Positions 7,598 to 16,976 are shown, numbered from the stretch's first letter. The stretch is DNA of 20,000 bases from an uncultured virus (IMG/VR IMGVR_UViG_3300025333_000001) (IMGVR_UViG_3300025333_000001), one strand, 5' to 3'. Numbers and translations are program-made. The notes: generated by a model from the sequence alone, not told the origin.

Positions 7598-8959
7598 CTA
7601 CTCGTCGGCTGCCGTGGGGGCAACCAACATTTCTTGGAGTTGTTCCTGTCGCGTTTCGAACTCTTCTTTCTGGTCTTCGACCGTGGCTTGGAACTTCTCG
7701 ACGGCTGCCCCGTAGGACATGGCATCGAGTTCGCCCTCATCTTCGGCGGCAGCCCGCTGTCGGGCTTCGCGCTGCTGGGCGTTGTTTTCCGTCCGGTCGA
7801 TGGCCTGCGCCGGATTCATGATCATGTCGTTGCTCGCCGATACCAACTCGTTGAGGCGGTTGGTGTTCTCCCCACCGCGGTAGTGGTGCGTGATGGCGTA
7901 GGTTGCCCCACTCTGCATCTCCCACATGGTGGGGAGGAACTGGTTGTCGGCACGACTCCGAACGTGACTGGACGCCTCACGGGCGAGGTACGACGGGAAG
8001 CCCGCCATCTCGAACCACGCTTGCAGGTCGTCGGTGTGGCCCACAAGCTCCGAGAACTCGAAACTCAGGTAGTCCACGTCGATCTGGTTGGCCGTCTCGA
8101 TGACTTCGGCCAGTTTGTCAGTCATGAGATCCATGTCGGCAAGAATCTCGTCCCACCATTCGCGGGTTTCCGATGGCTCACCGACGTGACGACGCGACTT
8201 CTGGTCGGTCACGTTGCGGATCGAGTTGGAACACCACGTATCCTGTGCGAACCCTTCGGCGTACATGGCTGTTCCACCGAAGTAGTCGTAGCCAGTGCGG
8301 ATACCGAGGAGGATCGGGCCGCCCGACTCGCCCCCATCGGTAGCCACGTTGGGGTCGGCTCCGGGGTTGTCAATGCGGAAGGCATCGAACAGCATCTCGA
8401 TGTGAACCTCACCGCCACCTTTGTAGGTGCGGATCTCCCCGAACACGGCGTCCCCGAGTTCCTCCTCGCGGATGGCCTCTTCGAGCGGGCCGTAGAAGTC
8501 GAGGGGGTTGACAATCGCGTAGTCTTTTGTCGGGTTGTGCCACAGGGGGTCGATCCACTGGTTGTTGTCGTCCCGTCGGGCATCACCCTGAATCCAGCTT
8601 TCGAGCTTGTCGGGCGAGATCACCGACTGGAACCGGTCGGTTTGAACGAACACGTTGCCGTCCATCGTTTCGTGGAACGTGACACCATCGGGGGTGTCGT
8701 CGCTCAGTTCGTCCACGTCGATGTTGCGAGCGACCTGCTCGGGAATCTTCCACGCGTTGCCCGTTTCTTCTGCTCGTTCAAGGCCACGGATGGCTGTTGC
8801 GAGCGAGGTGTCGGGCATATCGTCGGGGTAGAACCCGTTGTCTCGGCTGTGATCACCGCTGGCTGCGTCTGCTGCCTTCTCGCTGAGTTCGACATTGTTA
8901 TGGCTGGTTAGTCCTGCAAACTGTACCGTTTCGTCTGGGGTTGAACTTCGTCGGTTCAT
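7598..8959 (-). CDS. DUF932-like phage/plasmid protein with C-terminal coiled coil
   Basis: YAIVNP..F, GYDYFGG, CSNS and RRHVG pattern recalled for DUF932; strongly acidic 453 aa. Confidence 0.65.
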   Translation of the reverse strand: MNRRSSTPDETVQFAGLTSHNNVELSEKAADAASGDHSRDNGFYPDDMPDTSLATAIRGLERAEETGNAWKIPEQVARNIDVDELSDDTPDGVTFHETMDGNVFVQTDRFQSVISPDKLESWIQGDARRDDNNQWIDPLWHNPTKDYAIVNPLDFYGPLEEAIREEELGDAVFGEIRTYKGGGEVHIEMLFDAFRIDNPGADPNVATDGGESGGPILLGIRTGYDYFGGTAMYAEGFAQDTWCSNSIRNVTDQKSRRHVGEPSETREWWDEILADMDLMTDKLAEVIETANQIDVDYLSFEFSELVGHTDDLQAWFEMAGFPSYLAREASSHVRSRADNQFLPTMWEMQSGATYAITHHYRGGENTNRLNELVSASNDMIMNPAQAIDRTENNAQQREARQRAAAEDEGELDAMSYGAAVEKFQATVEDQKEEFETRQEQLQEMLVAPTAADE

Positions 8960-9051
8960 AGGTTTGTCCCACCAATTGTTTAACCGGAGTCGATGGCGGG
9001 TTTCGACTCGATGAGGCGGCGCAGAGTCGAACTGCGCTACACCAACGCCTC
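8960..9051 (-). ncRNA. Module 3: mini-tRNA (9051-9013) plus H-type pseudoknot (9009-8968)
   Basis: GAGGCG TTGGTGTA GCGCAG TTCGACT CTGCGC CGCCTC A, then GAGTCGA AA CCCGCCA TCGACTC N12 TGGTGGG ACAAACCT ATG. Confidence 0.8.
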
Positions 9052-9090
9052 GGCGGCTACCGGTCGCTAACTATTCGTTTCCTCGTTGAT

Positions 9091-9576
9091 TTATCCGTTG
9101 ACGACTGCCTCGGCGAACAGACGACCCGACTCAAAGTCGTCTGGCTTAGCGATTACGACTGGGTAGCTGTATCCCCAGTTGTAGTCAGTGAGCCGCTTTG
9201 CAATCGAGTGCATCACACCACTCACTGCGTAATGGTAGTCCGTCGTGTCGTGTCCCGTGGGAGATAGGTACTCCTTATACCGCGCATCATCAGTAGCTAA
9301 CACGATCACGTCGTCTGTTTCCTCTACAAGCCGGTAGTGACCTTGCTCGATACCATACATGTGCTCACTCCACGTCTCCTCAGCGGACCGCTGGAACGTT
9401 TCGAGAGCTTCGCGCACTTTATTGATATCTTGGATCGCCCCGCCGTCGGTCCCGTGTTCGATGTCGTCGTTGGTGATGTGCTGGGTTCGATCATCGATCT
9501 CACCGCCGTCGGTTCGGATCTCTGTTGTTTCGCTGACGCACTCTTCAAGATCGTCAAAGTGGACTCGTGGGTTCAT
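9091..9576 (-). CDS. Hypothetical protein (161 aa, MNPRVHFDD...), paralog of 17878..18195
   Basis: Acidic; ATG 1 nt after the upstream stop; shared H..A..LTDY.W...PVV..K motif. Confidence 0.75.
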   Translation of the reverse strand: MNPRVHFDDLEECVSETTEIRTDGGEIDDRTQHITNDDIEHGTDGGAIQDINKVREALETFQRSAEETWSEHMYGIEQGHYRLVEETDDVIVLATDDARYKEYLSPTGHDTTDYHYAVSGVMHSIAKRLTDYNWGYSYPVVIAKPDDFESGRLFAEAVVNG

Positions 9577-9577
9577 G

Positions 9578-10183
9578 TTATTGCTCAATTGTAGCTGCGG
9601 TTTGTTCGTCGTCCTGTTCGGCGGCGTCTTCGAGTTCCGACCCGAAGAGGGTCGGCGGCATTTCACCCTGATGGCTGCCATCGTAGGCTTCGGAATCGTC
9701 GGCCTCAACTAAGATGAGTTGGGCGACTGGGTACCCCACTGGCAGGTGAACACAGTCCAACGACTGTGGCACTTGCAGGAGGCCCTCACCAACGCCGTTG
9801 TAGCCTTGATCCCACACCGCAGTGGTGATCTCCATTCCCGACCGCATGAACCGACTGCGCGGCTTCACGAGGCCGACGTGGCCTTCAGGAATGGTGATGT
9901 GTTCGCCGTACTCGATGATATATGACCCCGAATAGACACGGTAGAACGGCGACTTGGTGTTACCCATTGGGTCAAACGTTCGCATTCGAGTTCGCTGGCC
10001 GTGATCGTAGCCATCGTCGTTGCCCTCGGCGTCGGCATAGAAGTGAACTGTTCCGCTCGTTCGGAGCAGATCACCAACTGTCAGGTCAACCCCGTTGGGC
10101 TGAATTTGGTCGTCGTCAATCGGTTCGCCGGTTCGGTTTTTGGTGAGGTGTTCAACTACGAACTCCCCGGATCTGACTGTCAT
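9578..10183 (-). CDS. dCTP deaminase / trimeric dUTPase family protein
   Basis: IQPNGVDLTV, PRSRFMRSG, AVWDQGYNG, VAQL and YDG..QG motifs. Confidence 0.9.
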   Translation of the reverse strand: MTVRSGEFVVEHLTKNRTGEPIDDDQIQPNGVDLTVGDLLRTSGTVHFYADAEGNDDGYDHGQRTRMRTFDPMGNTKSPFYRVYSGSYIIEYGEHITIPEGHVGLVKPRSRFMRSGMEITTAVWDQGYNGVGEGLLQVPQSLDCVHLPVGYPVAQLILVEADDSEAYDGSHQGEMPPTLFGSELEDAAEQDDEQTAATIEQ

Positions 10184-10259
10184 AGTTTGGATTTTATGTG
10201 TTTGTTCATCAACTATTCGCTCTCGAAATTTTGGGCGATTTTCCGTGAGTTTTGACCGT

Positions 10260-10733
10260 TTATGCTATCGCCCCATTGTGATTTATCGACCATTCAACGT
10301 AATCGCTCCATTCTTTGGCGAAGTTGTTGCGTTTTTTCGCGTTGAACTCGCGGATGGTATCGAGATCTTCGGCACTCCACCCGTATTCAGCCGCCTGTTC
10401 TCTATCACGAAGATACGGCCATGCGGTTACGGCGATCAGATAGCCGTCGTGGTGGTGTCCGGCAATGAACCACCATTCGACGCCGTCGTTGTGTCTCATC
10501 CAATGAAAGGATGAACAGCCGTCGCCGTTGTTTTTCAACTCACCCTCAACGATTGTTCGCTGAATGACCTCGTTGGTCAAAAACCGCTCAGGATCTTTGA
10601 ACCGCTGTCGGAAGTGATCTGTTCGCCGGTATTTGTGTGGTTGGTGAGGGTAATCAGCGGGGTCAAACGTTCGTGACCGATCAACGGGAACCCGCTCATC
10701 GGAATTGTGCGGTACTTGTACTGTTGGATTCAT
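10260..10733 (-). CDS. Hypothetical protein (157 aa, MNPTVQVP...)
   Basis: Start reassigned to the ATG behind the leader hairpin. TDHFRQR...AVTAW is loosely like RelE/DUF4258-type folds (unverified). Confidence 0.7.
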   Translation of the reverse strand: MNPTVQVPHNSDERVPVDRSRTFDPADYPHQPHKYRRTDHFRQRFKDPERFLTNEVIQRTIVEGELKNNGDGCSSFHWMRHNDGVEWWFIAGHHHDGYLIAVTAWPYLRDREQAAEYGWSAEDLDTIREFNAKKRNNFAKEWSDYVEWSINHNGAIA

Positions 10734-10811
10734 GGTAGTATTTGTCCCGTCGAACTGCACGACGGGGGATGCACTGCCGGGGAATCGAACCCCGAGTCGC
10801 CCATTCAGTGC
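10734..10811 (-). ncRNA. Module 4: mini-tRNA (10811-10771) plus leader hairpin
   Basis: GCACTGA ATGGGCGACT CGGGG TTCGATT CCCCG GCAGTGC A, then CCCGTCG-TGCAGTT-CGACGGG ACAAATACTACC ATG. Confidence 0.8.
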
Positions 10812-10908
10812 TGGCATCACGAGTCCCCACTCGATGACGCCGCCGACGGAGGTTGCTCACTCCGAGTAAATAATTAACTCGGGGGGACTTAGTTGTTACG
10901 TCCGGGGG

Positions 10909-12006
10909 TTACTCGTCGTCCAGAATGATGACGCTTCGAGCCATCGGCTCCTCCTCGTGCCGCTCGATGTCGAAGGCTACGTTGACCCCCTGTTCGATGC
11001 TGTCGATCTCGATCTCCGTGGGATAGAAGAACACGTCGTCAGCAACATCTTCGGACTCGATGAAGCCGTAGCCACCAACGTCGTTGAAGAAGGCGACCTC
11101 ACCCCCGTAGTCTCGACCGTGGAGTGGGTCTTTCCCTTCGGCGACCTCCTCGCTTTCCTGCTCGCGTTCTTTGACTGCTTCGACTTCGGCTTCAAGTTCG
11201 GTTCGAAGATCGTCAATAACGTTGCGTGTCTCGCCTGCAATCGGAGCGCGGTTGGCAGCCTGTTTGATGTCATGCCATCGGCCGAAGAACAGGTGTAGCT
11301 CTTCGGCAATATCCGATGGAACCGAATGAACCGCTCCAATCGATTCGAGAGCTTCGGCAATCGTCGGCTGGGTATCCCGCGTGTGATCGTTGACCATCTC
11401 TCGGTACTTGTGGCAGAAGTCCATCAGCACGTCGTTGTCTAGTTCCAGCACGCTTTCGAACTTTTCCTGATCTTCGAAGACAACCACGTTGGAAAAGGCG
11501 ATGAAGTCGATCCACATCGCCAACTCGTTGACCCCACAGTGACAGAACGGGCAGAACTCCATCTGACTGGTGAACGCGTCTCGAACGTTGAGCGAAGACC
11601 GAATGTCGTGGTTGTTCTTACCATCCGAGTGGCCGTGGTACAGCCCACAGACCTTACACTCGTACCCCGAAGTTTCGCTGTGTTCGACCATGCTACTCGC
11701 TTCTTCGAGAACGCCAGCCAAATCGGGGTTGACATCCTTGATCCGGCTGATCTCGTTTTCGATCTCGTCTTTGCTGATCCCCGATGGGACGCTGTGACTA
11801 CCGAGCTTCCACTGGCTTACATAATCGGGTTCTTCCGGGGGAGTGTAGGACTCGCCCTGTTCGGCGGCGTCCCCGGTTTCCGACTCCTCTTCGTCCCCAG
11901 CGAGCCGACCGAGGAAATTTCGCACCGGGTCTTCGAATTTGCGTGCGGTTGATTCGTCGTTGGTTTCTGCGTCGTTGCTACCGTTGTTGTTGTTGCTTCC
12001 GAACAT
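10909..12006 (-). CDS. Cys/His-rich protein fused to a C-terminal cold-shock (OB) domain
   Basis: GEVAFFNDVGGYGFI..DDVFF..GVNVAFDIE; CKVCGLYHGH and CPFCHC. Confidence 0.8.
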   Translation of the reverse strand: MFGSNNNNGSNDAETNDESTARKFEDPVRNFLGRLAGDEEESETGDAAEQGESYTPPEEPDYVSQWKLGSHSVPSGISKDEIENEISRIKDVNPDLAGVLEEASSMVEHSETSGYECKVCGLYHGHSDGKNNHDIRSSLNVRDAFTSQMEFCPFCHCGVNELAMWIDFIAFSNVVVFEDQEKFESVLELDNDVLMDFCHKYREMVNDHTRDTQPTIAEALESIGAVHSVPSDIAEELHLFFGRWHDIKQAANRAPIAGETRNVIDDLRTELEAEVEAVKEREQESEEVAEGKDPLHGRDYGGEVAFFNDVGGYGFIESEDVADDVFFYPTEIEIDSIEQGVNVAFDIERHEEEPMARSVIILDDE

Positions 12007-12099
12007 AGGTTGTATCCCGCTTGTTTTATGTCATTGCGCTCGGCGGGCTTGCGCTCAAGTCCCGGTGGGGGAGTCGAACCCCCTTACGCCGTCACCGGG
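12007..12099 (-). ncRNA. Module 5: mini-tRNA (12099-12061) plus pseudoknot, family B
   Basis: CCCGGT GACGGCGTAA GGGGG TTCGACT CCCCC ACCGGG, then GCGC AAG CCCGC CGA GCGC N15 GCGGG ATACAACCT ATG. Confidence 0.8.
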
Positions 12100-12175
12100 T
12101 TAGCCACCGCTGGGTGTGGGCCGAGATGAACGGGCCACCCTTCTCGGCCCAAAATAAACGTCACCGCAGATACGC

Positions 12176-12550
12176 TCACATCAATCGGCGCTCAGCGCCG
12201 TACACGATTTTCGAGGATGCTTCGTACCCACAGTTCCGGCACTCGAACCAGCGCTGAATCTTCGCACCGTCAGCCGTTTTCCCCCCGATTGCCACGTCGC
12301 TGTTCGGACACTCGGGACAACTCAGTTCGGGCGCTGGCCGTTTCCGTAGCTCATCACGAAACGATTTCGCGTCCTTCGTCTCGTACCCCCGCGACCACAC
12401 TGGGTAGCCGTCTACGAGGATTACGCCACGCCACTTGTAGCGGTACGAATTCGGTGCTTGGTGTAAGACCGCCAGAGCGCCGGTCTCGGTATTCCGGTAT
12501 GCGAGTGTGGGCGTGCGGCTTTCACGTCGCCAGTTTGTGATTCTGGGCAT
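12176..12550 (-). CDS. Zinc-ribbon protein of a type common on haloarchaeal mobile elements
   Basis: CPEC..CRNCG. The MPRITNWRRES start is familiar from haloarchaeal hypotheticals (recalled). Confidence 0.75.
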   Translation of the reverse strand: MPRITNWRRESRTPTLAYRNTETGALAVLHQAPNSYRYKWRGVILVDGYPVWSRGYETKDAKSFRDELRKRPAPELSCPECPNSDVAIGGKTADGAKIQRWFECRNCGYEASSKIVYGAERRLM

Positions 12551-12647
12551 AGGTTGTATCCCGCTTGTTTTGTGTCATTGCGCTCGGCGGGCTTGCGCTC
12601 AATGCCTAATGGGGGCCGTGAACCCCCCGAGGTCTTAGCTTTTAGGC
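12551..12647 (-). ncRNA. Module 6: mini-tRNA (12647-12604) plus pseudoknot, family B
   Basis: GCCTAAA AGCTAAGACCTCG GGGGG TTCACGG CCCCC ATTAGGC A. Leader 12548-12602 is 54/55 identical to 12004-12058. Confidence 0.75.
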
Positions 12648-13010
12648 GGTTGCATCAGGCAGCCACAAGTCTTTGTATTTTCGGCTGTCGAACCCGATTT
12701 TCTTCGGCGCATCATCGATGCCAGTACCATTGAGAATGACATCCACGTTTTTCTCCGAAGTTAGTCCGGCTGTTGAGAAGTGGCACTTCGTTGTTTGTGA
12801 TCCGGCCTGACTTCGGGTGTTTGAACCGTTGGCCCACCCTGCAAACGTCACGATGAACCCCTCAGCGGTTCGCAGGGCGTACACCGCGTGGCCGTACCCC
12901 ACGAGAATGGTTCCCCCTTGATCCGTTTCGTGGATTTTCATGTTCGATGCAGTTCCGCTCGTTTCTCCGCGTAGAAACCGTCGTCCGAGTTCGTGTTGGT
13001 TGTAACTCAT
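12642..13010 (-). CDS. Hypothetical protein (122 aa)
   Basis: 4-nt overlap with the upstream gene; in the operon orientation. Confidence 0.7.
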   Translation of the reverse strand: MSYNQHELGRRFLRGETSGTASNMKIHETDQGGTILVGYGHAVYALRTAEGFIVTFAGWANGSNTRSQAGSQTTKCHFSTAGLTSEKNVDVILNGTGIDDAPKKIGFDSRKYKDLWLPDATA

Positions 13011-13696
13011 TGGTTGTTAGGTGCGTTTTTGAGTGCCCAAATGGACTTTGCAAAGAACTCCATCTCGCTGTCCGAAAGACGGAACTTCTGGCCGTCAATT
13101 GTTAGCGTACGATCCATGTCTTTGGTTGCTGACTGGACGTTTATCTTGTACGCTTCTTGCGACGAGCCGTTGCTGACTGCCGAACCGCTCACCTGACGGC
13201 TGGTGGTGTCGGGGTGGTGGAACTTACCTTCGAATGTCAACAGGAGGTGATCGTAGATCAGCCACCCCCCATCCTCGTGTTCGACTGCTTGTGAGAATGG
13301 AGCTTTCGTTGCCAGCGATTCGAAGACGTGGGTTCGAATCTGCTTGTTTCGAATCGAATCGAACATCTGAATCAACTGCTCCGGGGTGTCCGATTCGTAG
13401 TGGTCCATAAGTGCATCAATCAGCCGAGATTGATGGTGTGAACCGAGATGCAGCGGTTCGAGGTCGTCAACAACCAGAGTGTAGCTGTTGTCTTCATCCT
13501 CGATGGGGGCCACTTCAACTCGTGGGGTGGTGTCGGTGGCACCGATCATCAGTATTTCGTCGCCTTCTCGGAGCAGCCCCCACAGATCGTGATCGTACAG
13601 CAGCTTGTTCATGGGGGACAGGGAGATCATTTCTACCCGTCCATCGTCGTGTTGGACTAACAGGTTTGCGTCAGTTTCGTCTAATATTGTTGGCAT
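13007..13696 (-). CDS. Hypothetical protein (229 aa)
   Basis: Long acidic ORF in the operon orientation. Confidence 0.8.
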   Translation of the reverse strand: MPTILDETDANLLVQHDDGRVEMISLSPMNKLLYDHDLWGLLREGDEILMIGATDTTPRVEVAPIEDEDNSYTLVVDDLEPLHLGSHHQSRLIDALMDHYESDTPEQLIQMFDSIRNKQIRTHVFESLATKAPFSQAVEHEDGGWLIYDHLLLTFEGKFHHPDTTSRQVSGSAVSNGSSQEAYKINVQSATKDMDRTLTIDGQKFRLSDSEMEFFAKSIWALKNAPNNQ

Positions 13697-13702
13697 GGTA
13701 TG

Positions 13703-13849
13703 TCACTCATCGGCGGCGTCCTCGATTAGTTGCTCGTCACTATCCTCTTCAGCATACCCCTCTTCCCACTCGTACAGTGAGTGATACTCATCGGGGTCAA
13801 TATGGTTGTGTGCCCGGCCTTTTTTGTGCGTTAACGGGGGTAGATCCAT
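13703..13849 (-). CDS. Small acidic protein (48 aa) MDLPPLTHKKGRAHNHIDPDEYHSLYEWEEGYAEEDSDEQLIEDAADE
   Basis: Fills the gap between two genes; SD-like GGATGTGAT upstream; halophilic composition; below the ORF-track cutoff. Confidence 0.55.
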   Translation of the reverse strand: MDLPPLTHKKGRAHNHIDPDEYHSLYEWEEGYAEEDSDEQLIEDAADE

Positions 13850-13874
13850 GATCCCAGTATCACATCCCTTCCGG

Positions 13875-16658
13875 TCACTCGGAGTCTTTGTTCCAGCCCC
13901 GGTCGTCTACGGTTCCAACGGTCTTGCGAAGCGACAGGGCGTCCATGTCCATGGGGTTGAGGCCCACATCGTACAGGCCGAGGATCATGTTTTCAACCCG
14001 GCTGTCGGCATCTTTAAGGAGCGAGTAGACACCGCTGTCGTCGTCCCATTCGGGCGTTTTCGCCTTGAGCCGGTATTCCGACTCACTGCCAGACAAGTAG
14101 TCGAACGAGATCCGGGCTGGCCCACGGTAGTAGTTGCCATTGGTGCCACCCCATGTGGATTTCACCCCGTGGATGTTGTTGATGATGCACTTGTTGAGAG
14201 CGAATGCCATCCGTTCGAGGGTTCGATCATCGGCCACCCCGACAACCACGTCTTCGATCTCCGGCTTGTTGTCACTCCCAGTCGACCAGTACTGGCCGTT
14301 GACCTCGTCTTCGGCGTAGTAGTAGCGAAGCTGGGCCATCTCCTCAGTGTCGGCCATCATGGTTTTGACCGTGTTGTTGTGAGCGTAGACAACCACCGCG
14401 AAGTCAGCGTCGCTTAGTTCGGCTGCCGTCATGGCACCGTCACTCGTTGCCATGACCGCGTTCTCCGACATCTCGGTGAACTCCTCGTAGGATACCACCC
14501 GGTCGTATTCCGACAACACATCGAACTCTGCGGCAGAACAGGAAGCGATTGCCCCGTATTCCTGCATCGGGTAGTGATCCGAGATGTTGGCATCGCCGTT
14601 TCGTGGGAACAGGATTACGTAGTTGTGACCCCACATACGGATACCATCATCGAGCTTGTCGGTGAGGGTGCCGATTGTCGCCCGTTTGTCAATCGACTGG
14701 TTGTTGTTGTTGGTTCGGAACTTGAGTGTCACCTCATCGATGTTGTCCGCTTTGCCCCCGCCGTTCGATGTGGATTTCTTGCGCTTGTGACGACTGTGAA
14801 TCGCGTCGGACACTTCGAAGTCATGGTCGTCACTCTGCTGCATTGGCACGTCGTTGAGCCGTTGGAACCCGAAGATGCCCTCGAACTGATCGTAGCCAAT
14901 CGACGCACCACTGGTCGAGATAACAGCCGGATCATCGAAGGTATCATGGACCACCTTGTACTTGTCCTCGTTGATCGTCTTCCCCATAAACACCTGTTCC
15001 GGCGGGGTTGACGACAGGATCTCGCCCACCATCCGCCCGGTTCGGTTGGACTTTTGGCTGGGTGCATGGCATCGCTTACCGGCATAACTTACGTCTTCGA
15101 ACAGTCGGAACACCTGTTCTCGGAGTTCATTATCCCACCCGGATAACTCGGCATGGTTATCAACGAACTTGTCGAACTCGTTGCGGCGTTTCGTCGCGTT
15201 GTAACTATGGTAGTCAACCATGCGGTAGAACAGTTCCCACGACTGGGTGTCGTTCCGAAAGACATCTGTCGGGCGATCTGCATCCCGCATTTTGTCAGCG
15301 ATATCACTGACCTTTTCCATCTCGGCGTCTTCCACCATCTCGCTCAACATGGCGAAGAACCGCTCAGTCTTGCCGTCACGCTGTAGTCGATCCCGGTCGG
15401 TGGTTGGCTCCGGCATCGGTGCGTCAAGCTCATGCAGTTTGCCCTCGCGCTTTTCGACCTCGTTCCGGTACTCACCGCGGTGTGGCCCCATCACGATCTT
15501 ACCCTGTTCATCGTGAATGTGAATGAGAACCTTCCAGAACGATTTGACCTTCTTGTTCGTGTTGCGATCAATCTCCATGCCGACCAGCCACGTATCAGGA
15601 TCTTTGTAGCTGTTAGGCAGATCAGGCCCTGCAATCAGGGTGAACTCGCCGGGTCGGTCGATCACAACTGATGGGGTTTCGCCAAACGCCTCGGCGAATG
15701 GCTGGCCCCCGAACTCCTCTTTCTCACGGTTTCGACCAGCCTCATGCTCTTGATAGAGGACCGGAACGGCCAGTTTCGAGGCGTATTTCCGTGTCCACGA
15801 CAGGAACTTGTCCATGTTGACCGACTCCTGAATGGGAACATCGAACCGCGTTCCCCGAAAGTCGTCATCAATGTCGGCCGACGGCATGGGGTCGAACCCA
15901 GCGAGGTAGGTGTAGGCTTTGATGCCTTCGTAATCGTAGTCTTTGGCATCGGGTCGTCGGGTCCGTGACGTGACTTCCATCCCGCCCTGCTTGCCGGCGA
16001 TGGCCCCAAACGTCATAGCTCCGATCCCCCACTTCCCCCCGGTGTCGCCATCGATAGATGACCCCGAGTCGAACGTGGAGTTGTAAGCGTCGTTGAACTC
16101 TTTGACCGTCATACCAATGCCGTTGTCTTCGATCACAATCTTCCGCTCATCGCGGTAGAGATCGACCTCGATGGTTGGATCGTAGCCGAGATCACGAGCC
16201 GCGTCAATAATCTCGTGAAGGCTGCGGGGAATCTTCATTTCGCGGAACTTGTCACCGTCAAGGGACCACTCGGGTAGCAGACTTTGGTTGGCATCCTCTT
16301 GATCGAGCGTTTCCCCCGTTTTGGTGTTGACCCAGATCGTGGGGTTCAACCACTCCACCCCATAATCGGGGTGCTCTCTCAACAAAATGCGAGCCGCCCG
16401 AATACAGGCTGTCTGTGCGTTTTGAAGGAACTCCCGAATGAACGATGAATCGTCCGAGTAGATCGACTCGGCCAACACCTCGTTGGCCTTTTCGATGTTC
16501 ATCGTTCGCTCTTGCGACCCGGTGCTTCCCAGACCCCGTGCAAGGGGGTTGTTTTCGTCTACCGCGTTGATGTTTTTCGTTTCGAGATCACTTTCGACGT
16601 TCTGCACGCTTGATTCGTAACTATCCTTCGTTTCTGGCAGGTGTTCTGAATCGCTCAT
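13875..16658 (-). CDS. Large GHKL (Hsp90-like) ATPase-domain protein, 927 aa, possibly rIIA-like
   Basis: IYSD..FIREFLQNA, IEDNGIGMT, GKWGIG and GTRF motifs. Start reassigned to ATG 16658 behind the repeat leader. Confidence 0.85.
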   Translation of the reverse strand: MSDSEHLPETKDSYESSVQNVESDLETKNINAVDENNPLARGLGSTGSQERTMNIEKANEVLAESIYSDDSSFIREFLQNAQTACIRAARILLREHPDYGVEWLNPTIWVNTKTGETLDQEDANQSLLPEWSLDGDKFREMKIPRSLHEIIDAARDLGYDPTIEVDLYRDERKIVIEDNGIGMTVKEFNDAYNSTFDSGSSIDGDTGGKWGIGAMTFGAIAGKQGGMEVTSRTRRPDAKDYDYEGIKAYTYLAGFDPMPSADIDDDFRGTRFDVPIQESVNMDKFLSWTRKYASKLAVPVLYQEHEAGRNREKEEFGGQPFAEAFGETPSVVIDRPGEFTLIAGPDLPNSYKDPDTWLVGMEIDRNTNKKVKSFWKVLIHIHDEQGKIVMGPHRGEYRNEVEKREGKLHELDAPMPEPTTDRDRLQRDGKTERFFAMLSEMVEDAEMEKVSDIADKMRDADRPTDVFRNDTQSWELFYRMVDYHSYNATKRRNEFDKFVDNHAELSGWDNELREQVFRLFEDVSYAGKRCHAPSQKSNRTGRMVGEILSSTPPEQVFMGKTINEDKYKVVHDTFDDPAVISTSGASIGYDQFEGIFGFQRLNDVPMQQSDDHDFEVSDAIHSRHKRKKSTSNGGGKADNIDEVTLKFRTNNNNQSIDKRATIGTLTDKLDDGIRMWGHNYVILFPRNGDANISDHYPMQEYGAIASCSAAEFDVLSEYDRVVSYEEFTEMSENAVMATSDGAMTAAELSDADFAVVVYAHNNTVKTMMADTEEMAQLRYYYAEDEVNGQYWSTGSDNKPEIEDVVVGVADDRTLERMAFALNKCIINNIHGVKSTWGGTNGNYYRGPARISFDYLSGSESEYRLKAKTPEWDDDSGVYSLLKDADSRVENMILGLYDVGLNPMDMDALSLRKTVGTVDDRGWNKDSE

Positions 16659-16745
16659 AGGTTTTATCCCGGTCTTATATCGCGCCGTTCCGGGGTTATG
16701 GCGCAGGGGCCGCCGGGGAGTCGAACCCCGGTACTCCAACGGCCT
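16659..16745 (-). ncRNA. Module 7: mini-tRNA (16745-16707) plus pseudoknot, family A
   Basis: AGGCCGT TGGAGTAC CGGGG TTCGACT CCCCG GCGGCCC, then TGCGCC ATAAC CCCGG AAC GGCGCG ATATAAGA CCGGG ATAAAACCT ATG. Confidence 0.8.
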
Positions 16746-16787
16746 ATCGTCTGTCGTCTGTACTGACCGCAACCGGGTTAGAATGTA

Positions 16788-16976
16788 TTATCTGTTGAAT
16801 TCCTCAACAGAACCCGTTAATTCAATGACACGCACTGTACGGTGATCATTTTGGGGAACAATTTTGCACGGTTTGTCACTCCCGTTGGCGTTGTACACCC
16901 GCACTCTTTGCTGAAGGGCGTAGACTATTTCCTTCCCGTTTATGGTACTGACTGTTTTCCAACGGCTGTAGCTCAC
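16788..16976 (-). CDS. Small hypothetical protein (62 aa)
   Basis: GTGA start/stop overlap with the upstream gene. Confidence 0.5.
   Translation of the reverse strand: MSYSRWKTVSTINGKEIVYALQQRVRVYNANGSDKPCKIVPQNDHRTVRVIELTGSVEEFNR

Noticed and set aside
7400..8911. 503-aa plus-strand ORF
   Set aside because: Antisense shadow of the acidic DUF932-like gene with V/G/R/L-rich, non-halophilic composition. The same applies to most other overlapping ORFs in the track.
8330..9520. Recurrent TDGG peptide motif (ATDGG, GTDGG, RTDGG)
   Set aside because: Common in haloarchaeal proteins generally, so not specific to this locus.
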